Part shown: positions 30,355-39,782 of the stretch, piece after piece
Layout of the letters: each line of letters starts with the position of its first letter
Numbering within the stretch: position 1 is the stretch's first letter
Source: Gammaproteobacteria bacterium
GTDB taxonomy: Bacteria > Pseudomonadota > Gammaproteobacteria > Eutrophobiales > Eutrophobiaceae
Reading direction: 5' to 3'
Length of the DNA: 64,000 nt
NCBI GenBank assembly: GCA_003250975.1
Contig: QKIY01000009.1
Coordinates: 30,727-94,726, forward strand
Translations under genes and position numbers: made by a program
The notes under the pieces: model-generated
What the model was told of the DNA's origin: nothing
Databases searched by the model: none
Seen by the model: only the letters and a program-made list of their open reading frames with translations

Positions 30355-30930
30355 ATGTCCGGTTTTCTGCTAATCCTGCTCAGTACCGTACTTGCAAATA
30401 ATATTATTCTTCAACAGCTGGTCGGTGCAGACCCTGCGCTCGCGCTTGAGCGTAAACTGCAACTTGCTGTTGATGTCTCAATCACGCTTGTGGTGCTGTT
30501 GCCGCTGGTTAGCCTGGCCTGCAGTTTCATTGACGTGTTCCTGCTGGCGCCCTTGCAACTGGACTATCTGCGCCTGCTGGTATTCATATTGACTATCCTT
30601 ATTATCTGCCTCTCATTGAAATATACCATCCGGCTGATCCTGCCGCGCCTGTCTGCAAGGATGGATGACCTGTTGCCGTTTGTCGGCATCAATACCACTG
30701 TCCTCGGAATGGTATTGCTGGGCCGGGAGGCAGCGACAGACCTGGTTCATGCACTGGCGTACGGACTGGGTACCGCAACAGGCTTCGCCTTGGTCCTCTT
30801 GCCGCTCACGGCCGTGAGCGAACGGCTAGACGAGGCCGATGTCCCTGCCCCTTTCAGGGGCCTCCCGCTCCAGTTGATCAGCTTGGCCATTGTCTCCCTC
30901 GCCTTTCAGGGTTTTACCGGGATGTTTTAA
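30355..30930 (+). CDS. rnfA: Rnf/Rsx electron-transport complex subunit A homolog. It is atypical because the conserved Cys residues are absent.
   Basis: The 191-aa, 6-TM protein is collinear with RsxA/RnfA and shares ...ADVPAPFRG.... The family GLCP motif is replaced by GADP. The TNCAVLG motif is replaced by INTTVLG. The gene starts 10 bp after the metG stop. Confidence 0.75.
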   Translation: MSGFLLILLSTVLANNIILQQLVGADPALALERKLQLAVDVSITLVVLLPLVSLACSFIDVFLLAPLQLDYLRLLVFILTILIICLSLKYTIRLILPRLSARMDDLLPFVGINTTVLGMVLLGREAATDLVHALAYGLGTATGFALVLLPLTAVSERLDEADVPAPFRGLPLQLISLAIVSLAFQGFTGMF

Positions 30931-30934
30931 TCCG

Positions 30935-31441
30935 ATGGCCGGCATCCTGATCATACTGGCATTTGCCCTTCTGCTTGGAATGCTCCTGGGCTTGTCGGCT
31001 GATGATAGGGTGACCAGCGAAACTGACTACATCGAACAACTCGATACCATGTTGCCGCAGACACAGTGCGGCCAGTGCGGCTATTCAGGTTGCGCTCCCT
31101 ATGCGTCGGCAATATTGGCCGGTGAGGTGGGAATCGATCAGTGCCCACCGGGCGGGACAAAAATCGTCCGCGATCTCTCACGCCTGCTGGGGCTCGCAGG
31201 TCCATTTCTTAAAGCCATGGACGATAATGAGGCTGTTCGGAAGATTGCATTCATTGACGAAGACAGTTGTATTGGCTGTGTCAAATGTATTCGTGCCTGC
31301 CCTGTGGATGCAATAGTGGGTGCAGTTAAACAGATGCACACGGTGGTGCCTGAGTTGTGTACCGGTTGTGAGTTATGTGTGGCACCCTGTCCTGTAGATT
31401 GTATCAGCATGCAAACCGTCAACCCGATGCCGCTGACATGA
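30935..31441 (+). CDS. rnfB: Rnf complex subunit B (polyferredoxin).
   Basis: From the ATG (MAGILIILAF...) there is an N-terminal TM segment, the QCGQCGYSGCAPY cluster motif and two 4Fe-4S ferredoxin motifs (CIGCVKCIRACP and CTGCELCVAPCP). The ORF-track start is an upstream TTG. Confidence 0.85.
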   Translation: MAGILIILAFALLLGMLLGLSADDRVTSETDYIEQLDTMLPQTQCGQCGYSGCAPYASAILAGEVGIDQCPPGGTKIVRDLSRLLGLAGPFLKAMDDNEAVRKIAFIDEDSCIGCVKCIRACPVDAIVGAVKQMHTVVPELCTGCELCVAPCPVDCISMQTVNPMPLT

Positions 31442-31463
31442 ACCGTTCGGCAATTCTCAACAC

Positions 31464-32990
31464 ATGATCAGCGAAGGACTGCATCGATTTCCCGGAGGAC
31501 TGAAGCTTCCAACGGAAAAGGGCCTGTCCAATGGACACGAATCCCTGATTACGCCACTGCCAGACGAGATCATTCTGCCACTCAAGCAACATGTCGGGCA
31601 CCCGGCTGAACCTGTTATCTCTATTGGAGACAATGTCTACAAAGGTCAGGTCATTGCGAGGGCAAACGGATATGTCAGCCTGCCGGTCCATGCTAGTACC
31701 TCCGGGAAGATTCGAGATATCGGATTGTATGCCGTTCCCGACGCACTCGGGCTAAAAGCACCCTGTATCAAAATAGAACCGGATGGCCTTGACAGCTGGT
31801 GCGATATCCAAGGCGTGGGGGATTTTGCCTCCATGGACCCGCTGACCCTGCAACATGTAATCCGTGATGCGGGTATTTCCGGCATGGGTGGTGCAGCTTT
31901 CCCTGCCCACGTCAAACTGAAGGAAGGGACACAAACCGAGGTCAATGTATTGATCATCAATGCCGTGGAGTGCGAGCCATTCATTACCTGCGATGACCGT
32001 CTTATCCGGGAAAAACCAGGTTATATCGTGGCCGGTACACGGATGATACGTCATGCAGTACAGGCCCGACGTTGCATCATCGCCATAGAAGAAGACATGC
32101 CCGAGGCGCGCGATGCACTCTTGCCCCTGCTTGATGATGACATTGAATTGATCACGGTGCCCACCATCTATCCCCAGGGAGGGGAGAAACAACTTATCAG
32201 AGTACTGACCGGCCTTGACGTGCCAAGTAATGGTCTGCCCATTGACATAGGCATCATCATGCACAACGTTGCAACAGCGGCGGCCACCTATCGCGCAGTC
32301 CACCGTGGGGAACCCTTGATATCCCGTTATGTCACCGTCACCGGCCATGTTCCATCCCCTCGTAACTTGCAGGTCCTGCTGGGCACGCCAGTCAGGCATT
32401 GTGCCAATCAATGCGGCTATCAGGAGCGCTCTGGTGACAGCATTATCCTTGGCGGAGCAATGATGGGCACGCTGGTCAGGAACATGCACATGCCCGTAAT
32501 AAAATCGACCCATTGCATTTTGGTTAAACGCGTGCTTAATCGTGCACCTGAGATGCCCTGCATACGATGCGGGAGGTGTTCTGACGTGTGCCCTGCCCGG
32601 TTATTGCCCCAACAATTGTACTGGTACGCGCGCAGTCAGGATCAGGATCGCCTTAGGAAGCACCATTTGTTTGAATGCATAGAATGCGGATGTTGCTCCT
32701 ATGTCTGTCCAAGCAATATCCCGCTGGTCCACTATTACCGCGTAGCCAAGAATAAAATTAATCAACATGAGAAGTCCTTATTCGATGCGATGCAGGCAAG
32801 GCAACGCTATCTGACCAGGAAAGAACGTCTTGCAAGGGAGGCAGAACTTCAGTCAGAAAAGAGGCCGGATACTGAGGCTACAAAGACAGAAACACAGGAT
32901 AAAAAGGCCTATATCAGGGAGGCCGTGAAGCGGGGCCGGACTAGGCGCCGCAAGAATCACGGTCACAAAGGTGATGTATCGGATGAATAG
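31464..32990 (+). CDS. rnfC: Rnf complex subunit C (NADH/FMN-binding, 2x 4Fe-4S).
   Basis: The protein has the RnfC N-terminal domain, a glycine-rich NADH site (GMGGAAFP) and two ferredoxin CxxCxxCxxxCP motifs. It has a basic C-terminal tail. Confidence 0.85.
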   Translation: MISEGLHRFPGGLKLPTEKGLSNGHESLITPLPDEIILPLKQHVGHPAEPVISIGDNVYKGQVIARANGYVSLPVHASTSGKIRDIGLYAVPDALGLKAPCIKIEPDGLDSWCDIQGVGDFASMDPLTLQHVIRDAGISGMGGAAFPAHVKLKEGTQTEVNVLIINAVECEPFITCDDRLIREKPGYIVAGTRMIRHAVQARRCIIAIEEDMPEARDALLPLLDDDIELITVPTIYPQGGEKQLIRVLTGLDVPSNGLPIDIGIIMHNVATAAATYRAVHRGEPLISRYVTVTGHVPSPRNLQVLLGTPVRHCANQCGYQERSGDSIILGGAMMGTLVRNMHMPVIKSTHCILVKRVLNRAPEMPCIRCGRCSDVCPARLLPQQLYWYARSQDQDRLRKHHLFECIECGCCSYVCPSNIPLVHYYRVAKNKINQHEKSLFDAMQARQRYLTRKERLAREAELQSEKRPDTEATKTETQDKKAYIREAVKRGRTRRRKNHGHKGDVSDE

Positions 32991-33993
32991 TTCGTCCGCT
33001 TTCAGTTCACCCCATATCCACCAGGCACCCTCTGTGCAACAGGTCATGTGCCAAGTCATATTGGCCCTGGTACCCGGCATATTGTTCTCCACCTGGATAT
33101 ATGGCTGGGGGGTATTGATACAATGTTTCCTCGCCGTTTTATTTGCACAAGTGCTTGAAGCAATCATGCTGCGCTTGAGAAAACAGCCGCTTCAATTGTT
33201 CCTGTTTGATGGCAGTGCTGTGGTGACCGCACTTCTGTTTGCCCTGTGTATCACACCCTACACACCATGGTGGATAAACCTGGTCGGTATGGCATTTGCA
33301 ATTAGTATCGCCAAGCATTGTTACGGCGGGCTCGGACAGAATATTTTCAATCCAGCGATGGCAGCCTATATCTTTGTACTCTTGTGTTTTCCCCTTGAGC
33401 TTTCCCTGCATCCTGCTGCCGGACATTATCCGGGGCTGAGGGATACGCTGGAGATTATTGCGTTCGGAATCCAGGGTTATTCCGACGGGGTAAGCGGCGC
33501 CACCGTCCTGGCCACGCTCAAGACCGGTCTTGACGGCATGGGCATGATTTCTGAAATCCGGACCTCGCCGGTGTTTGGCCAGCTGGCCGGCAAGGGGTCT
33601 GAATGGATCCCGGTATTCTGGTTGGCAGGGGGAATATGGCTTGCCTATCAGAAGATAATCAAATGGCAGGTGCCTGCTGCCTTTCTTGCAGTACTGTTTG
33701 TCATCAGTCTCATATTTTACTGGTACGATGACAGTCACTATATCTCCCCGTTATTCACTTTACTTGCTGGTGGCAGCATGCTGGCGGCATTTTTTATCAT
33801 TACCGAGCCTGTATCTTCATCTACAACACCTGCCGGCAGGATAATTTTTGCATCAGGAGTCGCGATTATTGCCTATGTGATAAGAACCTGGGGGAATTAC
33901 CCTGATGGCGTAGCTTTTGCTGTGCTCCTAATGAATTTTTCCGCGCCGATTATCGACAGGTTGACACGCCCGAAGGTTGTCGGGGAGACATGA
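32974..33993 (+). CDS. rnfD: Rnf complex subunit D (NqrB-like, FMN-binding membrane subunit).
   Basis: The protein is collinear with RsxD and carries the flavinylation motif DGVSGATVLATLK. The start was taken at the ATG after the GTG at 32971. Confidence 0.85.
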   Translation: MYRMNSSSAFSSPHIHQAPSVQQVMCQVILALVPGILFSTWIYGWGVLIQCFLAVLFAQVLEAIMLRLRKQPLQLFLFDGSAVVTALLFALCITPYTPWWINLVGMAFAISIAKHCYGGLGQNIFNPAMAAYIFVLLCFPLELSLHPAAGHYPGLRDTLEIIAFGIQGYSDGVSGATVLATLKTGLDGMGMISEIRTSPVFGQLAGKGSEWIPVFWLAGGIWLAYQKIIKWQVPAAFLAVLFVISLIFYWYDDSHYISPLFTLLAGGSMLAAFFIITEPVSSSTTPAGRIIFASGVAIIAYVIRTWGNYPDGVAFAVLLMNFSAPIIDRLTRPKVVGET

Positions 33994-34616
33994 TGATGTC
34001 GTTTTACAGAAACATGCTACCGGTGGCCATAACAGCAGTGCTTTGTGTTACAACGCTGGTCATCCTTAATGCAAATACCAGAGAGACCATTAGGGCGAAT
34101 TCCCAAAAATACTTTTTTAAAGTTTTTGAAACCATGGTGCCGGTTGATTATAACAATTCAATTTATAATGATTATGTTGAGATAAAAGATCCTGCGTCGC
34201 CTGATGTACGAAATGCCGCGCGTGTATACCGGGTTAGGAAAGATAATATGAATATGGGTGTTATATATATGCCTGTTACAGCAGCGGGTTATAATGGTCC
34301 GATAAAACTTGCAATTAGCATATCAAAACCTGGCCGTATCATGGCAATAAAGGTGATCGAACAAAATGAATCAGATGGTCTGGGTGACCAAATCGATAAT
34401 GATAAAACGGACTGGGTTGATCAATTCAACACTCATTCATTACTTAATACTCCTGTTCAAAAATGGCAGATTAAGGAAGACGCCGGTGTTTTTGATGCCG
34501 TAAGCGGAGCAACCATTACCTCCCGGGCAGTTACTTTTGCCATCAGATTGACTCTTGAACACTATCAGTTAAATAGTGATATACTTTACAGGCAGGAATC
34601 AACAAGTGACCATTAA
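33990..34616 (+). CDS. rnfG: Rnf complex subunit G (NqrC-like, FMN-binding).
   Basis: The protein has an N-terminal TM segment and the flavinylation motif DAVSGATITSRAV. It has a GGGGAG RBS and overlaps the rnfD stop. Confidence 0.85.
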   Translation: MMMSFYRNMLPVAITAVLCVTTLVILNANTRETIRANSQKYFFKVFETMVPVDYNNSIYNDYVEIKDPASPDVRNAARVYRVRKDNMNMGVIYMPVTAAGYNGPIKLAISISKPGRIMAIKVIEQNESDGLGDQIDNDKTDWVDQFNTHSLLNTPVQKWQIKEDAGVFDAVSGATITSRAVTFAIRLTLEHYQLNSDILYRQESTSDH

Positions 34617-35305
34617 TGAGCCTTGTAGAAAAAAACAGAAATATAGTTTCCGATATAATCGATTATCTGAACAGTCATCCGGACTTTTTCCGGGATCACC
34701 CTGACCTACTTACTCGAATCAACATTCCCCATATCCCGGAACAGGAAATCAGTTCCCTGATTGAATACCAGGTCCATCGCCTTCGGCAACTGATCCTTGA
34801 TACAGAAACAAAGCTACAGTCTCTTGAGAAACAGACTGACATTAACAGCCTGTTCATAGAGGATGTGCTGGGATATTCACTGTCATTATACGAATGTGAA
34901 AATATCGAAACGTTATTCAACAAGGTAGATTGTGGACTGAAACAGTATTATTCCGCCGATCGGACAGCCCTGTTGGTATTCCCAAAGCCCGGCTGTATCA
35001 GGGCATTATCTGACTATGGCATCAAACCGGTTGATGATAAGGTCAGGTTTATGTTCACCGAGCTCTTCCACAGAGACAAGCCACTTTGCGACAGCCTTCA
35101 GGAAGAGCATCTGAAAATGCTTTTCGGAGAGGACACAGATGCTATCCGATCAACTGTTCTCCTACCATTACAGGGTGATTGCTGGCAAGCACTGCTAGTG
35201 TTGGGATCACATAACAGGAATTCCTACCGTCACGGCATCGAACTTGAGATGCTCATTTATATCAGCAATCTGATACAGCGCAAGCTCAATCATTTTATTG
35301 AATAA
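34616..35305 (+). CDS. DUF484 (YigA-like, GAF-fold) family protein.
   Basis: The 229-aa protein has the N-terminal motif IIDYLNSHPDFFRDHPDLL typical of DUF484. Its start overlaps the rnfG stop as TAATG, indicating translational coupling. Confidence 0.6.
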   Translation: MSLVEKNRNIVSDIIDYLNSHPDFFRDHPDLLTRINIPHIPEQEISSLIEYQVHRLRQLILDTETKLQSLEKQTDINSLFIEDVLGYSLSLYECENIETLFNKVDCGLKQYYSADRTALLVFPKPGCIRALSDYGIKPVDDKVRFMFTELFHRDKPLCDSLQEEHLKMLFGEDTDAIRSTVLLPLQGDCWQALLVLGSHNRNSYRHGIELEMLIYISNLIQRKLNHFIE

Positions 35306-35594
35306 TTTCTTTTGCTTATCCAGGCACTACTGCCAGACTGCGAAAATCAATATTAAAATCAAATAGCCTTGTTTTGAGTTAGTTATTATACTAGCCTGAA
35401 AAATAAGCCTTTATTATGGACACAGATTTTCACTGTTACGCGAAGCAACACAGTAAACCCAGCTTTGTAATACAGTTGTATTAATCTGCAACTATGATCC
35501 GGGCAGATGCCATATGGGTCTGTCTCCCGTCCTGGATGACCTGGATTGATTTTTTAATACTGATTCTTTAACGTGTTGCTAGAGTTCACATTTG

Positions 35595-36830
35595 ATGCTA
35601 ACTGACAAAAAAGATTCTATGGAATCGTTTAATTTCAGCGATCTCAGTTTTATGATTGTTGATGATGATCCCATAGTCCTCAAACTGGCTGAAAAAATCC
35701 TGACCGAGGCCGGTGCCAAGTCCATAGTGTCTGCCTGTAACGGGCTAGAAGCCATAAACAACCTTTCTGCACCTGACGCCGTATTTGATGTAATCCTGTG
35801 TGATCTGAACATGCCCGAAATGGATGGTGTAGAATTGTTACACAAGATTGCAGAGAAGAATTATACCGGGGGTATCCTGCTACTCAGCGGGGAAGATGAC
35901 CGCATGCTGGAAGCAGCCTATGATCTCGCCAGGGCACATCAACTAAACATGATCGGTGCAATCCCCAAGGACCTCCTTGTGTCTGATACAGTCAACAGGA
36001 TCCGGGAAAACTACACGCCCTACCACTCCAGGGAAAAGGATATACAAGCGGAGCCGATTACAATAAACGAGCTTGAATCCGGTATTCAAAACAAAAATAA
36101 CTCTCTCATTTTATATTTTCAGCCCAAGGTATCTATCAACAATATGGATATTATCGGTGTCGAGATACTTGCTCGCTGGCAACATCCCGATAGGGGAACA
36201 CTACTGCCAAATACATTTATCCCCTTGGCAGAGGAAGCGGGGTTGATAAACGTACTGACATACTCAATTTACAGACTTGCACTGAAGCAGATTAGCCAAT
36301 GGCAAAAGGCAGGTATTAATCTGAATGCCTCGATCAATGTCTCTGTAAATTCATTTGCCTCACCTGAATTTTCCGAATTTCTTATAAATGCGGCCAATGA
36401 ATACGGTGTTGATACTTCAAGAATAATACTGGAAGTGACTGAGAGTGAAATCATGACAGATGCCATCAAGTGCCTGGAAATGATGATGCATCTCAGAATG
36501 AAAAAATTCGGTCTGTCAATTGATGATTTCGGCACCGGACATTCTTCCATGGAGAAACTGAAAACCATTCCCTTTACAGAACTTAAAATTGATCGGGCAT
36601 TTGTCAGAGATGCGGACAAGAATTCCGCAGCAAAGTTTATCGTTGAATCCAGTGTAGATCTGGCTAAAAAACTCAACATGAAAATTGTGGCTGAAGGGGT
36701 AGAAAACCGCGGTAATTGGGACCTGGTAGAACAACTAGGTTGTGACCAGGTTCAGGGATTTTATTGTGGTGCACCCATGTCGAATCCGGATCTCATGGAT
36801 TACCTGAGATACTGGAAAGGCCCCCACTGA
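35595..36830 (+). CDS. Response-regulator receiver (REC) domain fused to an EAL c-di-GMP phosphodiesterase.
   Basis: The REC domain has the acidic pocket and phospho-acceptor (IVDDDP...DVILCDLNMPEMDG). The EAL domain has ELLARWQHP, the catalytic EVTES glutamate, and DDFGTG. The ORF-track start is a TTG one codon upstream. Confidence 0.8.
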   Translation: MLTDKKDSMESFNFSDLSFMIVDDDPIVLKLAEKILTEAGAKSIVSACNGLEAINNLSAPDAVFDVILCDLNMPEMDGVELLHKIAEKNYTGGILLLSGEDDRMLEAAYDLARAHQLNMIGAIPKDLLVSDTVNRIRENYTPYHSREKDIQAEPITINELESGIQNKNNSLILYFQPKVSINNMDIIGVEILARWQHPDRGTLLPNTFIPLAEEAGLINVLTYSIYRLALKQISQWQKAGINLNASINVSVNSFASPEFSEFLINAANEYGVDTSRIILEVTESEIMTDAIKCLEMMMHLRMKKFGLSIDDFGTGHSSMEKLKTIPFTELKIDRAFVRDADKNSAAKFIVESSVDLAKKLNMKIVAEGVENRGNWDLVEQLGCDQVQGFYCGAPMSNPDLMDYLRYWKGPH

Positions 36831-36842
36831 AACACCAACACC

Positions 36843-38633
36843 TCAGTTAGCCGATTGCCTTACGCCATAAAGCTTCGAGTAAAGGCCATTCTGGGACAGT
36901 AACTCCCTGTGACTGCCTTGTTCACTGATAGTACCGGATTCGAACACATATACATGGCTTGCCTGTTTAATCGCACTCAACCTGTGGGCAACGATTATTG
37001 TCGTCCTGTTATGTAGGAACCTGCTCATTGCTTCATGCAACCTGTATTCTGTTTCAGCGTCGAGGGCGGAGGTTGCTTCATCCAGAATAACTACCTTGGG
37101 ATCCGTCAGAATCATCCTGGCAATTGCCAGGCGTTGCCTCTGCCCCCCGGAAAGACGCACCCCCTGCCGACCAACAATCGTATCGAGACCCAGAGGCAGT
37201 TCCTCTACAGTAACCTTTAATTGTGCAATTTCCAGTGCCTGCCAGAGTTCAGCATCACTGGTATCACGACCCAGAGTCAGGTTGGTACGAATGGTGTCGT
37301 TAAATATGGCAGGATGCTGAAGAACCGTCGCTACGTTTTCACGGACAACATCGAGACCGATCTGTGATACCGGTATGTCATCGTAATAGACCATCCCGGA
37401 ACGGGCCGGGTAGAGGCCAATCAGAACTTGTACCAGGGTTGATTTGCCTCCACCACTGGCTCCCACCAGGGCAACCTTGTCACCGGGTTTTACGACCAAA
37501 TCGATTCCATTCAGCACATCCGGTCCATCACCATAAGCAAAATAGAGATCTTCAATCCTGATCCCCACCGTAGTCTTGTTGAGAAAGGGATTTACCTCGT
37601 GAGGATAATCAGGTTCCTGATTCAAATCCGCCAACTTGTTTATCCGGTTCAGCGCTGCATTGGCGCTGTAATAGGCATACTGGATATTAAGAATCTCCTG
37701 AACGGGGCCCATCATGAACCACAGGTAGCCAAATACGGCAAACATATGCCCGATAGTCAGATCTGAAAAAACTACCATCAACATCGATACCGCCCGGAAC
37801 ACATCAAAACCAAATAGGAAGACCATGAAGCTGAAGCGGTTGGCAGCATCACTCTTCCAGGCAAAGGCAGACCCATGGTTCTTTACTGCACGGGCCTGAT
37901 CGATGATCCGGAGTATGTAATGCCGCTCCCGATTGCTTGCCCTGATCTGGTGGATGGAATCCAGTGTTTCGGTAAGAGCCTGCTGAAATGCGGCAAAGGC
38001 TGCGTTCTCCCTGCTTTTCAATTCCTTAACCTGTTTCCCCAACAGCATGGTGAAATAAATGACGACCGGATTTGCAAAGAGAATAAAGAGCGCGAGTTGC
38101 CAGTGAATCCAGAGCAGGATAACAGCGACACCGACAATCGATAGCAAGGCAACAAGTAACCGGCTTACCGTGGTTCCGACAAACTGGTCTATGGTATCCA
38201 GATCAGTAACAAAATAAGAAGCGACAGTACCACTACCCAATGTTTCATACTCGGACATCGATACTTTTTCCAGACGGGAAAGCAAAGCACGTCTGATCCT
38301 GTAAATTACATCCTTTGCTATAAAAGTGAATTGTCTCGTCTGCCAGACATTCAATATTAGTGCTATCAGCCTGAGGAGCACTGATAAAATAAATACAGTC
38401 AGGATATAGAGTACCGGCCCATGCCATGTGGCCGGCGTTAATGAATTGATAGTCCCGACAATCATCCCTGGTTGGTCCAAGAGGACCTCATCGACCAGAA
38501 GTGGCAGCAGGAGGGGAACAGGCACGCTGCTGACGGTTGCCATAATCGCAATCAGGTTGGCAAGAATGACTTCTTTCCGGTGCTCTTCAGCGACGGAAAG
38601 AATATAGCGCCAGTCATATCGTAACTTTGTCAT
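36843..38633 (-). CDS. ABC exporter with fused transmembrane and ATP-binding domains (MsbA/multidrug-type).
   Basis: The protein has a 6-TM domain plus a Walker A motif (GASGGGKST), the ABC signature LSGGQRQRLAIARMIL and a Walker B motif (ILDEATSALD). Confidence 0.85.
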   Translation of the reverse strand: MTKLRYDWRYILSVAEEHRKEVILANLIAIMATVSSVPVPLLLPLLVDEVLLDQPGMIVGTINSLTPATWHGPVLYILTVFILSVLLRLIALILNVWQTRQFTFIAKDVIYRIRRALLSRLEKVSMSEYETLGSGTVASYFVTDLDTIDQFVGTTVSRLLVALLSIVGVAVILLWIHWQLALFILFANPVVIYFTMLLGKQVKELKSRENAAFAAFQQALTETLDSIHQIRASNRERHYILRIIDQARAVKNHGSAFAWKSDAANRFSFMVFLFGFDVFRAVSMLMVVFSDLTIGHMFAVFGYLWFMMGPVQEILNIQYAYYSANAALNRINKLADLNQEPDYPHEVNPFLNKTTVGIRIEDLYFAYGDGPDVLNGIDLVVKPGDKVALVGASGGGKSTLVQVLIGLYPARSGMVYYDDIPVSQIGLDVVRENVATVLQHPAIFNDTIRTNLTLGRDTSDAELWQALEIAQLKVTVEELPLGLDTIVGRQGVRLSGGQRQRLAIARMILTDPKVVILDEATSALDAETEYRLHEAMSRFLHNRTTIIVAHRLSAIKQASHVYVFESGTISEQGSHRELLSQNGLYSKLYGVRQSAN

Positions 38634-38707
38634 CGGGAATTATTGGTAGCTTGCAGCATGTGCCAGTATATTTCTTAATCTGGAAATTAACGAATTTCCC
38701 TGCCAGT

Positions 38708-39709
38708 TTATTTAAACCATTCCAGGGGACCCTCGTCCATCAGGGCGACCTGCTCACGCAACGAGAGGATCTGGTCCTGCCAGAAATGCTGGGTATTGAA
38801 ATAAGGAAAGGCCGGCGGAAAGGCTGGGTCATCCCATCGCCGGGCAATCCAGGCCGCAAAATACATCATACGCAAGGTCCTTAATGCCTCAACCAGGTGT
38901 AATTCACGGGGATCGAACTCACAAAATTCGATATAACCCTCAAGCAGATCTGCCAGGCGTGCCGTCATATAAGGACGATCACCGGACAGAAACATCCATA
39001 AGTCCTGGATTGCAGGGCCTTTTCTGGCATCGTCGAAATCAAGAATGAACGGTGTCTCATCACGCCAGAGAATATTGCCATGATGGCAATCTCCGTGCAG
39101 TCGTATAGAGACTATCTCACCGGCACGCGCGTAGCATTGACGAACCCGTTCAATGGCAATGCTGCACAATGAAGTATATGGCTCCCGGAGCTCATCCGGA
39201 ATAAACCCGTTCGCTAGCAGGAAACTCACCGAATCCTCGGCAAAATCCTTGATACTGATCTCGGGCCTGCAGCTGAAGGCCCCGCTCCTTCCCACGGCGT
39301 GAATTCTCCCGATATAACGACCCAGTTGCTTCAACTGGTCGGGTGAATCAAGCTCAGGGGGCCTCCCGCCCTGACGCGGATAAAGAGTAAAACGAAAGCT
39401 GGCATGGTTATGTAACGTCTCTCCTTCATGCACCAGGGGGGCGATTACCGGGATCTCATGCTCTGCCAGTTCCAGGGTGAATCGGTGTTCTTCCCTTATT
39501 TGCGCATCGGACCAGCGGCCGGGGCGGTAAAATTTAGCAACCAGTGGCGACCCGTCATCTATGCCCACCTGGTAGACCCTATTCTCGTAGCTATTCAGGG
39601 CATAAATCGTACCATCGCAATAAAATCCTTTAGTTTCAACAGCATCGAGAATCTTTTCAGGATTAAGATTAAGATAAGACTGTAATTCTTCATTTTCAGG
39701 CATGTCCAT
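38708..39709 (-). CDS. srkA: Stress-response Ser/Thr protein kinase SrkA/RdoA (YihE family, aminoglycoside-phosphotransferase-like fold).
   Basis: The protein is collinear with E. coli YihE (LNSYENRVYQ..., FYRPGRW, HGDCHHGNILW, DFDD). The start was chosen at the ATG giving MDMPENEE.... The ORF track extends to a GTG at 39802, which would overlap the divergent Sel1 gene. Confidence 0.75.
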   Translation of the reverse strand: MDMPENEELQSYLNLNPEKILDAVETKGFYCDGTIYALNSYENRVYQVGIDDGSPLVAKFYRPGRWSDAQIREEHRFTLELAEHEIPVIAPLVHEGETLHNHASFRFTLYPRQGGRPPELDSPDQLKQLGRYIGRIHAVGRSGAFSCRPEISIKDFAEDSVSFLLANGFIPDELREPYTSLCSIAIERVRQCYARAGEIVSIRLHGDCHHGNILWRDETPFILDFDDARKGPAIQDLWMFLSGDRPYMTARLADLLEGYIEFCEFDPRELHLVEALRTLRMMYFAAWIARRWDDPAFPPAFPYFNTQHFWQDQILSLREQVALMDEGPLEWFK

Positions 39710-39782
39710 TATTGTAACAGCACTATGGTGCTGATCAGCCTGATTGAATATCATGACCCTATACTTTACAAAGAGGCGGGTT

